A stretch of DNA of 61,147 bases, counting the filler, from Porpidia crustulata (lineage: Eukaryota), in assembly GCA_964255105.1 (NCBI GenBank). It is 3 parts of 3 records of this genome, joined end to end, with 100 filler letters (N's around TTAATTAATTAA, not from the genome) between each part and the next. Parts side by side here need not be neighbours in the genome. Positions count along the whole stretch, not along the records: positions 20,494 to 40,800 come from CAXUWE010000119.1; positions 40,901 to 61,147 come from CAXUWE010000120.1; 1 more part is not named here. One strand, 5' to 3'. Below are positions 37,788-51,274 of the stretch, piece after piece (within the stretch, counting starts at the first letter, position 1; each line of letters begins with the position of its first letter). Made by a program: the position numbers and the translations under genes. Below the pieces are notes generated by a model. That model had not been told where the DNA came from and did not search any database. It saw only the letters and a program-made list of their open reading frames with translations.

Positions 37788-39123
37788 ATGTCCGAAACCC
37801 TCCACAACGCTCCCATAGTCCTTGATAATGGTAGTGGGACCATAAGAGCTGGCTTTGCGGGAGAAGACTTGCCGAAATGCTACTTCCCTTCATTCGTTGG
37901 AAGGCCTAAGCATCTACGGGTTTTAGCTGGAGCTTTAGAAGGAGATGTCTTTATAGGACAGAAGGCTCAAGATATAAGAGGACTATTAAAGATACGATAC
38001 CCACTGGAACACGGTATAGTCACGGATTGGGATGATATGGAAAGAATTTGGCAATTTGTGTATACCGAGGAGCTAAAAACTCTAAGTGAAGAGGTATGAT
38101 TGGATGGTCGAAAATCTTCAGCGTGAAATCTTGCGTTCCATTATTGAGTTTAACTAACGGATATTCGCTGATCTGACAGCATCCAGTGCTGCTCACCGAA
38201 CCTCCCCTGAACCCACGTACCAACCGAGATACCGCGGCTCAGATGCTCTTCGAGACGTTTAACGTACCTGCTCTATATACCTCAATTCAAGCCGTCCTCT
38301 CTCTATATGCTTCAGGGCGGACGACTGGAGTGGTCATGGATGCCGGCGATGGGGTATCACATGCCGTTCCGGTCTATGAAGGGTTTGCAATGTCGAATAG
38401 TATTCGAAGAATAGATGTTGCTGGTAGAGATGTCACAGAACATATGCAATTGTTATTCAGGAAAAGCGGATATGTGTTTCACACAAGTGCGGAGAAGGAA
38501 GTAGTGAGAATGATCAAAGAGAAGACCGGATTTGTGGCAGCGGATTTCAAAAAAGAAGAGAGAGAATGGAGCCGAGTTGGGGCGTCATTAGATGGAAAGG
38601 TGGTGGAATATACTCTACCTGATGGCAAGAAAATGAAGGTACTTTTGTATTGTGTTCCCTATGTTGGTATGTGCTGAAACTATGCAGATTGGGCCGGAAA
38701 GGTATCGAGCGCCTGAAATATTGTTTGATCCGGAAATCATAGGGTTGGAGTATCCCGGAGTTCACCAGATGGTGGTTGATGCCATCAATCGAGCCGACAT
38801 GGATCTTCGGAAGTCACTCTTTGGCAACATTGTGCTTTCAGGTGGATCGACATTGTGCAAAGGCTTCGGCGACAGACTATTACACGAGGTACAACGACTG
38901 GCTGTCAAAGACATGCGAATCAAGATATTTGCACCTCCAGAAAGGAAATATAGCACATGGATTGGCGGCAGTATTCTCGCAGGTCTCAGTACATTTCGAA
39001 AGGTTTGTCAATATGCAAAGTTCCAACCAACGCCACAATGCTGATGATCGTTCATGGCAGATGTGGGTAAACATTGACGACTGGCATGAGAACCCTGATA
39101 TCATACATACCAAGTTCGCATAA
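37788..39123 (+). CDS. ARP1: Actin-related protein 1 (centractin, dynactin filament), 4 exons
   Basis: [87 protein letters not shown]. Confidence 0.95.
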
Positions 39124-40800
39124 ATCCCGGGCGTGACCAAATAGAGTCCTGATCTACTTTCCTGGATCTGGATGTTTCGTTTGCAGGGACTCATTCTCCC
39201 ACTGTCTACCAGCGGGTGGTAGTAACATGGTTCCGGGGTTGATCACTGTGCAAAATGAAAGGATATACCCGTTCTAGCGTCGAATTCGTCTGTTCTAGCG
39301 CTCACGATCTCACGATGTATGCCCTGAAAGATTGATCTGCTCGGCCTAGACCGCCTATACTGGCAACGTGGCCGAGAACGAGCGCTCTCCAATGATGGTA
39401 CCTGACAGATGAAAACGCGGGGAAGGCACTAAGCATGGGTTGGGATGATCCCCAGGGTCCCTAAGGTCTAGGGTAAGTTCAGGATGTCGAACCAGGTAGG
39501 ACAGAGTCGGTGATTCCGAATAGCAGATCTCTCAACGTCTATGGGAGTTCTCAGCCAGACCACAAGAGAGTTTCCTCATGATCTACAATCTTGAGAACAC
39601 CAACACGACAAGTTTGAGAGAAGCAGTACGACAGTATTGAAAACAACAGTATGACCATGCTTTATGGGACACGACGTTTGCGCATTGTACTCCGACGCTT
39701 TTCTAGATGCTCTCTTTGATCACATCATCCAGTTACTTCATCACGTTCCATTTCGGGCACGGTCGTTCACTTCTGGAATTCCTATTACCCCCAGAAAACC
39801 GGCAGCGAGTTGTTATTACCCCCAGGAAACAGACCTGTAGCTCACTATTACCCCCATGAAACTGCTCCTCCGAGCCCGACGTTAGGTTTGCACCCAAGCA
39901 CAGCGCCAATTCCAACTTTGGTCCGAGACCTGTGATGCAGCCTAGCCATCTGACTGGATCTCGCTTAATTCTTGTTACGTTTTGGCGGGGTCAGCGGAGA
40001 CCACCTGACCGATAAAGTGGCAAGTCATTTTGTGTCCGTCATAGACTGACTTCGCCTCATCTCCTTCATCTGCGTAGAATCTTCTAGTTTTGCTTGGTAC
40101 ATCCCTGCGAATGCTGATTAAGATACTTTCCGCGGCATGCTGCTTTATCTTCAGCCCTATTCTTCTTGGATCTCCACCACTCCGCTTGCCGTTAACTGCA
40201 AGGCGCGTGCCGTTAACTGGAAAGCGCGCTCGTCAGACTTCACCGCGATGGCGAAACTACGAGGTGCTGGTGACTGAAAACTCTTCATGCACTTTCAGTT
40301 AACGGCATAGTAAACAAGTAATCACAGAGTGAGAACATGATTTCATTTACTAATTTGAGTCAGAAGGGCGGTCCCTTTCACCGTCCTCCAGAGGTATATA
40401 GCAGGAGCCTGCTGCTTCTTCATTCATAATTATCAGAAAAACAAACATTTCCTCTCATAAATCTACCATATTTTTATCTACTTTCTACCAATCGATAACA
40501 AACTATTTCACCTACCATCTCTCCACATCACCGCAGCAGAACCCAACTCAACCATCACACCACCCTCCCACACCACCACCAACCACCAACCATGCCCTTC
40601 TCCCTCCACATCACCGAATGGTCCTCGGCGCAATCTATGGATCTGGATTCTCGCAATTGTAGCTGCCGTACTCATTCTTGGCACCGTCGCTGTTTTCGCT
40701 TTCATTCGCTCAGGGACAAGCTCATCGTCTCAAACGAGCACTCAAGCGACAGCTACTGCCTCCAGCACAACCCCCACCGCTCCCTCGGATACGCCCACAA

Positions 40801-40900
40801 NNNNNNNNNNNNNNNNNNNNNNNNNNNNNNNNNNNNNNNNNNNNTTAATTAATTAANNNNNNNNNNNNNNNNNNNNNNNNNNNNNNNNNNNNNNNNNNNN
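40801..40900. other. Artificial contig-joining spacer (44 N + TTAATTAATTAA + 44 N)
   Basis: Same 100-nt structure as 20394-20493. Confidence 0.97.
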
Positions 40901-41385
40901 TTGAAAGGGTGGTGTACGGGTAGGGTAGGGTGGTGTATCGTTATTGTGACCCTTATTTATACCTTTTATTCCCGTACTGCAATATTACCTGCTTGACGAA
41001 AATTACCGGTAGGTACTTCTCTGTAAATACCAACCTACGATAATTACATTACCTACCTACCACGCACTACGGTAGCTCTAGGTAAAGTATGTCGCGTGGA
41101 TATGTTCATATCACGTGAAAGCGTATCCATTGATCACAAGCTACCCCATAGATTGCTCGGTCAGGCTTTCACTTGCACATATCAACAACCTTGAATTGAT
41201 TCTTCTTTCTTCAGATAGTCGATATAAGTCGTGTTCAGAATTATACGGTCGAAATTAGAAGATTTGTATTTTTCTGTCAGCCTCTGATTGTTTGCAATAG
41301 AGTACGTGGACGTTCAAGCGCGTCGACCACCCCGCGGACACAGTGGGGTTCGCAGGCACTGGTCGCAACGGTACCTCACCACCCC

Positions 41386-42943
41386 ATGATGGCCTTCTGT
41401 ACCGCCAAACCCTCTATTGGTAAGTAAATCTCTGACGCGATAGAGTATCAGCGCTTATGATGCAGTCGACAGCTGACCATGTGCTAGGGCAAGAGCTTGA
41501 TGCTACTGCGCATCTATCCGAAATTCCACTCGCCAATTCCCAAGAATCTTCCTTCAATGACTCCGTACCGAGTCAGTCTTCGCCTCCGCGACCTATGTCC
41601 AGCATTCAATACCAACTCTCCCGCGGTAATTATTCAGCACGGCAGATAACTCCTTCCACTTCATCATCGGATCCATCCAGCCAAGGGCGCAGTGCAGAAA
41701 GACTGAAAGAAAACTTGAGCGCCGAGGATGATGTACCAGATTATTCTAGACCAGAGTTACAAGATGGACAAAATGAAAGGCCTCAAAATTTCTACACCAG
41801 TGGTTCGGATGGCGAACACATACATTCACAAAAGCGTATGGCAGATGGGCAAGTCAAACACGCAAGTTCTAGTTTGCCCATGAGCCCAGTAGAGGTTGGT
41901 CGGCCACACGGACGCTCGGATGGTGGTAGCGTTACATCTAAAAGTAGCCAGATGGGTGAGGTATGTTCTCCTCTGTTTACGTATTCTACAACAGCCAAAA
42001 GCTTATTTTTGTGCGCGACTAGCTGTCCAATCATCTCAAGACACGTCTTTCCTACGCCATGGTCAAGGTCCAGAATGGCTGGCAGACCCGTAGCATTGAT
42101 GAGCTCGAAAGCATGACTTCACAGCAAGCTTCACCTGTTTCGCCTATCACAGATTTACGGCGGCCATATGACTCCCCGAAGACTGATCTTGTGAACATGC
42201 GGTTTGATAGGACAGGATTTGCTCAGTCCTCCGAGCGAACAACTGCGACCCCCGAGATCATGCAAGCGTCACCGCAGTTGCAAGACCATACCTCGAGGCT
42301 TGACTATGCTTACTCACGGGGCAACGACATGGCTTCCCCAAAGCTTTGCCATTCCGATCGCACTTATGAGTCGTTCTGGCGCGAACATTCTGCAAGTAAT
42401 ACTTCGAAATTTCTACACACTGAGAACTCGACGGAAGGGCCATCGCTCGCACCGCCAGCCGACATACAGCCTCGCAATGCCCGGCGATCAGAGGCATCCG
42501 TAACGCTGCCGCTCGGTCTTCAAATGACTCCAGCTCAGAGCTTTTCCTCGTCGGGATCAGCCCCATTGGCCATGCCTGCAACGCCTCCACAAAGACGCGC
42601 TGCGAAACCAAGGACCCCAAGTCAGAATGCTGCCATGGAGCAGGACGCAGTAGAGACCTTGCTTTTCATGTCGAGTCCCGGGAATCCCGGCTACCATCCC
42701 CCAGCCCAGGTACCTGCGAGAATACTGCGTAATCAATTATCGGCTGTGCAGAGGACCCCTGGTTTGGCAAGTCGGCCAGGCCTCAGTCTAGCAAGCGACG
42801 ATCAGCTACGGCTCAATAGACCTACGTCAGACCACCTAGACTCAAGAAGACTTGCCAATGATGCGGACATCGACAAGCTTCTCGATGAAATGCCTGATGG
42901 GGACAGCAGTAGTGATGAAGATGACCTCAATAATGCACGATAG
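41386..42943 (+). CDS. Whi5/Nrm1-like G1/S transcriptional repressor (GTB motif), 3 exons
   Basis: Spliced LSNHLKTRLSYAMVKVQNGWQTRSIDELE motif, TYESFWREH, MEQDAVETLLFMSSP and many SP/TP sites; introns ~41420-41487 and ~41961-42022. Confidence 0.75.
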
Positions 42944-44206
42944 GGACGGCACCACAACTGATCCTACTAATCTGGCTGCTCTGGCTTGATGCGTTCTTTA
43001 CTTGCGACCTTGAATATATTTTGTAATCTGCATGTAATGATACCCTAACGTCATATGCATGTATGTGGAGTTGGCTGTTTTTCTTTGGGACAAAGTATAT
43101 ACCTGTATGAAAGTTTGCATCTACGGAAGGTTTCTATCCTTTCTCGTCCGAAACTGTCGATGTTGAATATCGTCTGGATGCTTCTAGTGTCTCACAATCC
43201 TGATGCTCACCTCCTCACTACACACATGATGATTGATCATTCTGAGCTAAGCCGTCCTTGCTACTGGTTTGCTTTCTGGAAGATCTCCCAGGACAACGGT
43301 TGACGCGTCTTATCTATCCCACATCTTCAAACGGCCATCGTCTCAAAGGTCATGCGGCATATCACACATGAACCGATGCCCTTTATCTCCGCTTCGTGAT
43401 CCGCCATTCACCGCCATGCCGTTTTATCTTTCGATGATCATTCTTACCAATATAGCTGATGGCTGTCGAACTTCGGTTGCAAGGTGCATTTTCAAGGAGG
43501 GGTTTCCTAGCGTTAAGGTATCCATATATCATGCATGAAGACTGGATTAGAACCGCATCGGCTTGTCTATCACTGTCATCCTCGGCGATCCCGAGAAGAC
43601 AAAAATCAAACCCCTTTACCAAAACTCGCCCAATTATGTATTATTAGTTCAAACAGCGAATTCTGTCCCTTAGTACCAATCATTGCTCTCTGCATCTTTT
43701 CAGGATTTCCCTTAGTCTCTATACCTATGTTACCGTCTCAAAACTGGATGCTTAGGAGTAGCTGATCCCGACGCGACTGGAGGTCTCCTGCCTCGGGATT
43801 TGGTTTCTTTGTAGTGGTGAATTTGCGGGTTTCGTTTCCTCATTAGAAGCTGAAGAGCGTTGAGGGTTGAGAGCAAAGTGTTGTGTATGTTGTTGATATG
43901 TTCGTTCGAAATTGAAATCGCACGACCGTCCTTGATAGTTGAAAGCATCTAATGATGCCTGCTTATACCGCTCTCTGAATCCGTAGCATGCTGCTGAATC
44001 TACACCCTTTGCGCACGCTCTTCTTGTTTTCTGAACTGTGCCTTCGCAGCTATTTACGTATTTCAAAGTCGTGGATGCATTCTTCATTCATCCAATGACG
44101 ACTATCACTACATGTTAATGCTACAAGCATATAGATGGTGAAGCAAAATATAGACATGATCAGGGCCCCTTCCCAAAAAGCTACCATCTACCTTTCTATC
44201 CTCTAC

Positions 44207-45698
44207 TCACAGCCGCGATATAATTGCCCCCGCGTACTCGTGCGTTTTGGCCTTGCCGCCCAGGTCGCCTGTTAGGTACTGTTTGATTTGTTAGTAACAG
44301 TTGGTTGCCCTTGAATGACAGGATAGTAAGTATGCCTACCTTTCCCTCGGCCAAAGTATCAAAGATGGCCTTCTGGATTTTATCCGCATGCTCAGTCAAA
44401 CCCATGTGCTGCAACATCATGATACTACTCAATAGCAGCGCCGTCGGGTTCGCCAACCCCTTCCCCGCGATATCTGGAGCAGATCCATGGACGGCTTCGA
44501 AAATCGAACACTCGTCCCCAATGTTCCCCGAAGGTGTGAGACCGAGGCCGCCAATTAGGCCTGCACACATGTCGGAAAGAATGTCGCCGTAAAGGTTGGG
44601 CATGACGAGAACTTTGTCGTTGTAGGGGATTGGGTCGGTGACTATTTTCAGGCAGGTATTGTCGAGGAGTTCAGCGTCAAAATCTATCTTAGGGTAGTCT
44701 TTGCTGATTTCGCGGGCAATATTGAGGAAAAGGCCGTCGCTCATTTTCATGATTGTGGCTTTGTGCACTGCTCGCACCTTCGTCCGGCCGACGTCTTCGG
44801 CGTACTGGAATGCGAACCTCAAAACGCGCTCCGAGGCGGCGCGAGTGATGAGTTTGATACTTTGCACAACGCCGTCTATAACGACATGCTCAATACCAGA
44901 GTATTCTCCCTCGGTATTCTCACGGATCAAGACGGTGTCGACGTTATCATAAGGCGTTTTGTACCCGGCAATGGATTTACAGGGGCGGACATTGGCGAAA
45001 AGGTTGAAGGTGCGGCGGAGGGTGAGGTTGAGCGAGACATGGCCTTTGCCGATTGGTGTCTAAGACGTAGTTAGCTACAAGCCTCGACCGATACCAGATA
45101 ATCCTTACAGCCAATGGTCCTTTTAGAGCAACAAAGTTTTTCTTGACACTGTCAATGGCTTTTCCAGGTATTGCCGTCCTTCCGTCTTTAAGAATCGGGG
45201 TGACGTCGACCGGCTCCCATTCAATTGGGGCCTTGAAAGCATCATTAGAAGTCCATTCAGCTGGGGTGTTCTGTACCCACTTTGGCTGCTGCAAATATAT
45301 CCTTGACGGACTGTGATATTTCTGGACCAATACCATCCCCCTCGATGAGCGTGACCATGTATTTGCCCTTTATCGCAAGTTACTATCAGCCCGTTGCCCA
45401 TCTATACGGCTCATGCAATATTTTCAAGGAAGATCGAAGCCATTGGGGAATATATTCAAGGTATACCTTACATTTGGGCCTTGTTGTCCCTTGAATTTCG
45501 CTACTTTTTCACCGTACGGTACAGAGTAAAATCGCGAATGAGTCTAGGATACAGGCGATTATCAGCTAATCCATTACCTTGAAATTTCCCTTCTTCTGAT
45601 GGGCTTACCTGCATCAACCCAGGAACCCATCTTTGCGGCGCGGAAGCTCTTCGCAAGCAAGGCTCCGCCAAAGCACTAAAAGAGCGACGTGCCAACAT
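44207..45698 (-). CDS. IDH2: Mitochondrial NAD-dependent isocitrate dehydrogenase catalytic subunit, multi-exon
   Basis: [95 protein letters not shown]. Confidence 0.95.
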
Positions 45699-46108
45699 GT
45701 TACAACGCATTCCCTCACATCAATTCCTACAAATGCTTGAGAATTGATACGGGCAACACGAGGACACGTTATCGTGGCTTTAGGTTGGTGATTGTTTTCG
45801 TAAAAGAAGCAATTAAACCTTAAACGAATTGCAGCCGAGGAAGTACGTCAAAAGGTTGCGGCTCTTAGAAGTTGTGCACAAATTATGTGCTAGATACATA
45901 TGTACTCTGGACGTGCATAAACCTTAAACTAGGACCATGCGAGGCTCATTAGAGCCCTATTTCTGGTTCATATCATTGACTTGGGACTCTAGGTAATAAA
46001 CTTTGAGTCACTCGCTGCCATGATAAAGACACCAATGCATACAAGGCCAAACGCAGAATCGTATGCTGTCCTCGACTAAAGTATCTATCCGTTTGCAACT
46101 CCCAGACT

Positions 46109-49100
46109 ATGGCAGATATCCTCAATCGCTACAACATCACAACTCCATTCCCTACCGAGTGGCCCGCAGAGAAGGACGAGAGTGATGATTCAGACGATGG
46201 GCTACCTCCAAAGGGGGTGGCAATGTCACTCCTGCGCCGATCCAGGTCGAGGTATTCTGCTTTGGAGCGCAGTGGCAGCGATCGACGCACTCTAGTACCT
46301 GGATCCGAGAAAACTGGCGATGGGCTGGAGAATTTGGTACAAAAGGATGAAGCAGATCCATTGGGTGGCGCAGATAGCGTTGTGAGAGCTTTGAGACTCA
46401 AGGGCATGCCAGTAGACGATGATCAACGTCTGCGCAATCGCTTTCTCCTGTCATCCTCTACGTTTTCGCCAAACTTGTACCTATCTCAGGTTCACTCGGA
46501 TGCCTCCACCCAAGATCTGCTGCAAGGTCTTGAGCATCTCTCTCGCTCGATCGATCAAAAGTCCGCGTCGCTAAAAGTCCTTGTGGAGAACAACTTTGAA
46601 CGTTTTGTCCGCGCAAAAACTACTATCGACAATGTATATGCAGAAATGCGAAATCAAGGAGCGGAGGTTCAACCGCCGAAAACCCATTCCCGGGTCACAA
46701 GCAGAAGCAGTACCCACTTCAGGAACACAAGCGGCCAGGGACATACGATCCACACAAAAGGAATCAACAAACCGCTGCCAAGCGATAAAAAGAAAAATGC
46801 TCTACTCAAAGAGAGTGAGTATGGGGTACAGGGTATCAAAGCACCACTAATCGAAGTTGCGGTCAAGGTAGAAGAAATCTGGGGACCGGCTCTTGGAGGT
46901 CGAGAGCGAGAGGGGAACCTCAAGCTCGTCATGAATTCACTAGAAAGAAGCCATGTCATGTTCGAAGCAGCTGCGGCAATATCTGATCGCATTAAACGCA
47001 AGGACTATGAGAGTTTAGTGGAAGCGTATGCTCGAGCTCAGAAATATGTCGATGAAGCTCGCATCTTAGCCGAGAATGCTACCTTCGCTCAGATACCACT
47101 TGCAGAGCCTTACATCCATCAAATCGTTATCACAGCCCGTATATGGTCAGGAGTGGAAGACGAGATTGGCAGTTTCAAGCGAGACATATGGCGGAAACTG
47201 ACGAATGCGCAGACATCACCAACGGTGCCAGTTGGCCGAAGTCAAAATGAAGAGTATTTGGCTTTGATAAGTATCCTCTTAGAATTGGGAGTCGAAGAAA
47301 ATCCTATTTGGGTATGGCTCCTTAGCAGATATGACCACCTCAAAAACAAGATCGGTACCACTTTCGAACGGTCACGAGTTGAGATTGAAGTACTACGTAG
47401 ACGACTTGCCAATGTGGAACAACCAACAACGCAGGCCGCTGCTGTCTACCTCAAAAGTGCTGCGAGTCAAGGTAACGATAAGTCACAACAACAATTAGAC
47501 AGCCTTGCAGTACTAGAGCTTTGGGAACTGATTTACAGTTCTGTCGGTACCCTGCTATCTCTGCAGGGTGGACTACTTGGAGAAGTCATAGAGTTCTGGG
47601 ACAAGGCCAAAACTTTCATAGAGGGAAAGGTTCAGAAGACACTACCCATAGGTATTGATGGTTGCAGCCGACAGCATCACCGTTTGTCCACCGACGGAGT
47701 AAGAGATTTACAACAAGGCGCTTTTGAGCTAATTGACATGCTGCGCGAAGACGTATTTGCCTTATTTGCAGATCCTCCGATTGAGGATATCTCCATGTTG
47801 TATTCTCCATTACCGCCATTGACGCCGAATACCCCAACTCTGCGTTCACCCTTTCCCCACCAAGATAGTCGATTCAAGTTTGATGCAAATAACCCACTCC
47901 CGCCGTCCCCTAGGCGCGGAGAGGCCTGGGAAGAATTCGCGTTCTGGCCACCTTACGCAAATTCTGTCAGTGGTGTATATTATCTTGAGAAGCTCCTGAA
48001 TTTGCTTGGTGTAGCGGCCAGCGAGGTTGCTGGTATACAACCAATAGCTTCTGGCGCCGCCATTACAGAGAAAATGAAGTTCTTAGTCGCCGGCGCCCGT
48101 GAGCGGGCCACACGAGCAGTATGTGCGGCTTGGAACAGAGATGCGGAAATTTTCAAAGTTTTGGAAGACTGGACCCGTCCTACTGAGATGCGTAATGTGA
48201 CAAGGATGCCTTCTTATCTGACTGCGTTTGAGGAGTTCGTTCTGGCAGGCATGCAAAAGATATTGTACATACCCGGAGCAGCTGCTACCAGATCTGGTTC
48301 TGTGGGCATTCTCTCACCTCCACCCGAAAAGCTTCTGCAGATGGTCAGGAGTCAGTTCGTCACATCCCTGTACAAGGCTTTATCTGGCATGGTTGAAAAT
48401 GCCGAAAAATCGAGCAAGGCCAGTGACCAGGGCTGGACGGATGAAAAAGCCATTGCGCGTGCTTCAGTTACAAGTCTATCATTGGAGGACGCAAATGGTG
48501 CCTTGGCGGATCCTCGCAATCGAGTAAGTCAAGATTTTATTGCCCTACGAAGATGAGGGACTAACCCCATTATAGAATGTGCGCATGTTACTTACGTTGA
48601 GCAATCTTAAATCTCTCCAAATCGACGTGGTACCTCAGCTCATCGCTCAATTCGAGACGAACTTTTCCGTCAAGCTCACCGACGAGACGAAGACTATCCA
48701 TGATGTCCTTAGCCAGATTGATTCACGGCTCTTCCGATCCTATACTCAGCCTACCGTCGAGCAGCTTTCATCGATAGTCCGGGCAGGCATATCATCTCCG
48801 ACTTGGGTACCCAGCACCAACCGCCCAACAGAAGTTCGGCCGTACGTCTACGAGGCACTTCTGTCATTAGTCTACGTGCACACCGAAGTCTCGACAACCG
48901 CTGCCCCTCTCACAACGCAAATTCTTTCCCATCTTCTTGAACAGATGTCCATAGGTTTCCTCGAAGCTTTCAAGACACGGCCACGATACTCACTTGCAGC
49001 ACTTATGCAGGCGACCCTTGACGTCGAATTCGTGGCGCAAACGATGACCCAATATACCACCGAACAAGCGGGTAAGATTCAGGGTCAGATCTATCTGGAG

Positions 49101-49241
49101 CTAGATCGAGGAGCGGACAAGGATGCCAGTAGTCGGCTGCAGAATGAGTTGCCGGAGATGAGGGCGACATTGAAGAAGTTGAGGGAGGGAACGCGGAGCG
49201 AATTCGCTTGTTTCAAGAAGCAGAGAGGGGAGAGGAAGTAG
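46109..49241 (+). CDS. SEC5: Exocyst complex component Sec5, at least 2 exons
   Basis: FLLSSSTFSPNLYLSQVH, SIDQKSASLKVLVENNFERFVRAKTTID, WPPYANSVSG, RMLLTLSNL, LMQATLDVEF, TRSEFACFK; intron ~48524-48575. Confidence 0.93.
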
Positions 49242-51018
49242 GGAGTCAGGTTGATAGGTGTATGGCGAGTGATCGAGAAGATAGGACAGGCTCATCGGAT
49301 ACTCGAAAAATGTAATGCACATCTCTGCGCGATGAATTCTGCAATAGTAGTAGGCGTGGTATACATGATTTGACTCCTTCCCAGCCCTAATTTCACCACG
49401 ATTGTGCCGCACATATTCACTGTCACATCGACAACTACATCTCTCCCCGATGACACAGTTATTGCGAAAAGAATCAAGAGAAATCGAAGATCCTTACACC
49501 CTCCCTCTAATATACCACCCCCACGATCACATACACCAGAACTATCTGATATTAATATCCCGCATCTCCCAACGTCATTCCAAGTAAAGCTAGGTGTCAG
49601 ATATAGTGGTGTACTGAGAGCCAAGGCTGTCCATTTGCGGCGCGTGCCCATCTAGCCCGTTGGCATTTTGAGCCACCCACCCCTCCGCCACAAACGATGG
49701 TTGTTGGACAGCTGAAGATCTACAGTGCTACATGGCAGTAACTGTTGACGACACTATTAGCTGTCAGTGGTGTGCTTACGATGCATTCCTTTTCCGTTGG
49801 GTACTAGTGAGCAGCGTGGGTTACGGAGATGAATACTCAACCTGGTGAAGGATTGCACAGTAGGAACAGTTGAAAACGATATAGAAGCTCATTTTCTAGG
49901 TAGCTGTCTATTAGTAATCCACCTCTTGGCCATCCATCTGCTTATCCTGCAAGATCAGTATGTCGGAATCCAGCATTTTGGATCTATGTTCGCTTCGCCG
50001 TACATCTACATATTACCAACACGAGTGAAGGTGGCTGTCCTGACGTTGATTGGAAGAGCATGCCTTAGACTCATAGGTAGCCATAATGTCCGCATCATAC
50101 TGGGTCGTTGGATCAAGGTGTGCTACTTTCCGTATCTCTGGGGTACATGAATCTGCCGTTACACGACAGTAGGTAGACTCGACGGTATCGTTCCGTGACA
50201 GGCATGCGGAATATCAGCCTTGGCTTTGATGACATTTATACATGCAGGTCGAAGAGGTTCAGTAAGACATCCGGCGCATAAACTGTGGGCCTTGTCTGCA
50301 GCAACAATGGGAGGTGGTGCCTGCATGCTTCAGATGCCGCCTTAACCATGGTTCATGGAAGCAACGGAAGTATCATAGGTAGTCACAAGCGCTGGACAAT
50401 GACAATCGGGGCAAAACACTCTTGACAACAACAATAATCTGATTGACCGCAAGGCACTTGATCACTTGTCATCAATAATCTGCTTCGACAAGTCGAGATG
50501 ATGCGGCAGCGGCACGACGCTTACACACGGAACATATGAAGGTGGTCTCATTTGGCGAGGCAGACGCATTCAAGTCTCGGAGGTTATGCCGTTTGTTCAT
50601 GCTTCATGCTTCATTTTCGGTGATGGTCTCAGGATGCACCACGACTACATGCAGGTTAGGTTCAGATCAGGGCTGCTTATGTTGATCTAATTATTACTTA
50701 TGGTGTTTCTGCGATCATAATTTCCGATATACACGAACAACACAACAGAAGACACGATTTATTACGTATCACATAAGGTAAGAAATATATATCGGCATTT
50801 TAATAAAAAATAATGATACGCCGTATCGGTAACATTATCCTCACTTGGACTTCAAGATCCAGACCATCGCTGATATGTGGTCTGTGGGGAGGGTTTACAT
50901 GTTCTGCCGGCGACTATCTAAAGTTGATGGTGCACTCCACGGGAAAAAACTCAGGGTCAGTCGAAGCATGAAAGTCAGCGGGAGTGAGACAGGGGCCAAA
51001 ATCGTTACGGTTTCATGG

Positions 51019-51274
51019 CACGCGGGTGCATAAAAAAGCCGCGCACCCAAATTTTGCCAACCAAATTTACTACTGAATTTCAGGAGTATCATGAAATCAA
51101 AGAATCATTATCAACATCACGAAACCCCTACAATGCCAAAGCTCAAAGGGCTATGAGAATGAGAAATGTATTAGACGGCGAGAACAAAAAAACGGACTTT
51201 TAGAACAATAAACCTCTTTGAAGCGAATTTGGTGGGCAAAATTTGGGTGCGCGGCTTTTTTATGCACCCGCGTG
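51019..51274 (+). mobile_element. Non-autonomous DNA transposon (256 bp) with 49-bp TIRs, a perfect 5-bp TSD (CATGG) and fused transposase N- and C-terminal remnants
   Basis: CATGG|CACGCGGGTGCATAAAAAAGCCGCGCACCCAAATTTTGCC(A/C)ACCAAATT ... |CATGG, one TIR mismatch. Internal ATG at 51091 reads MKSKNHYQHHETPT/AKAQRAM, then RMRNVLDGENKKTDF* (TAG 51201-51203). Confidence 0.9.

Noticed and set aside
39783..39862. CRISPR-like repeat-spacer pattern
   Set aside because: Only three 17-bp repeats with 14-15-bp spacers, in a eukaryotic context with no cas genes. Reported as a possible regulatory array instead.
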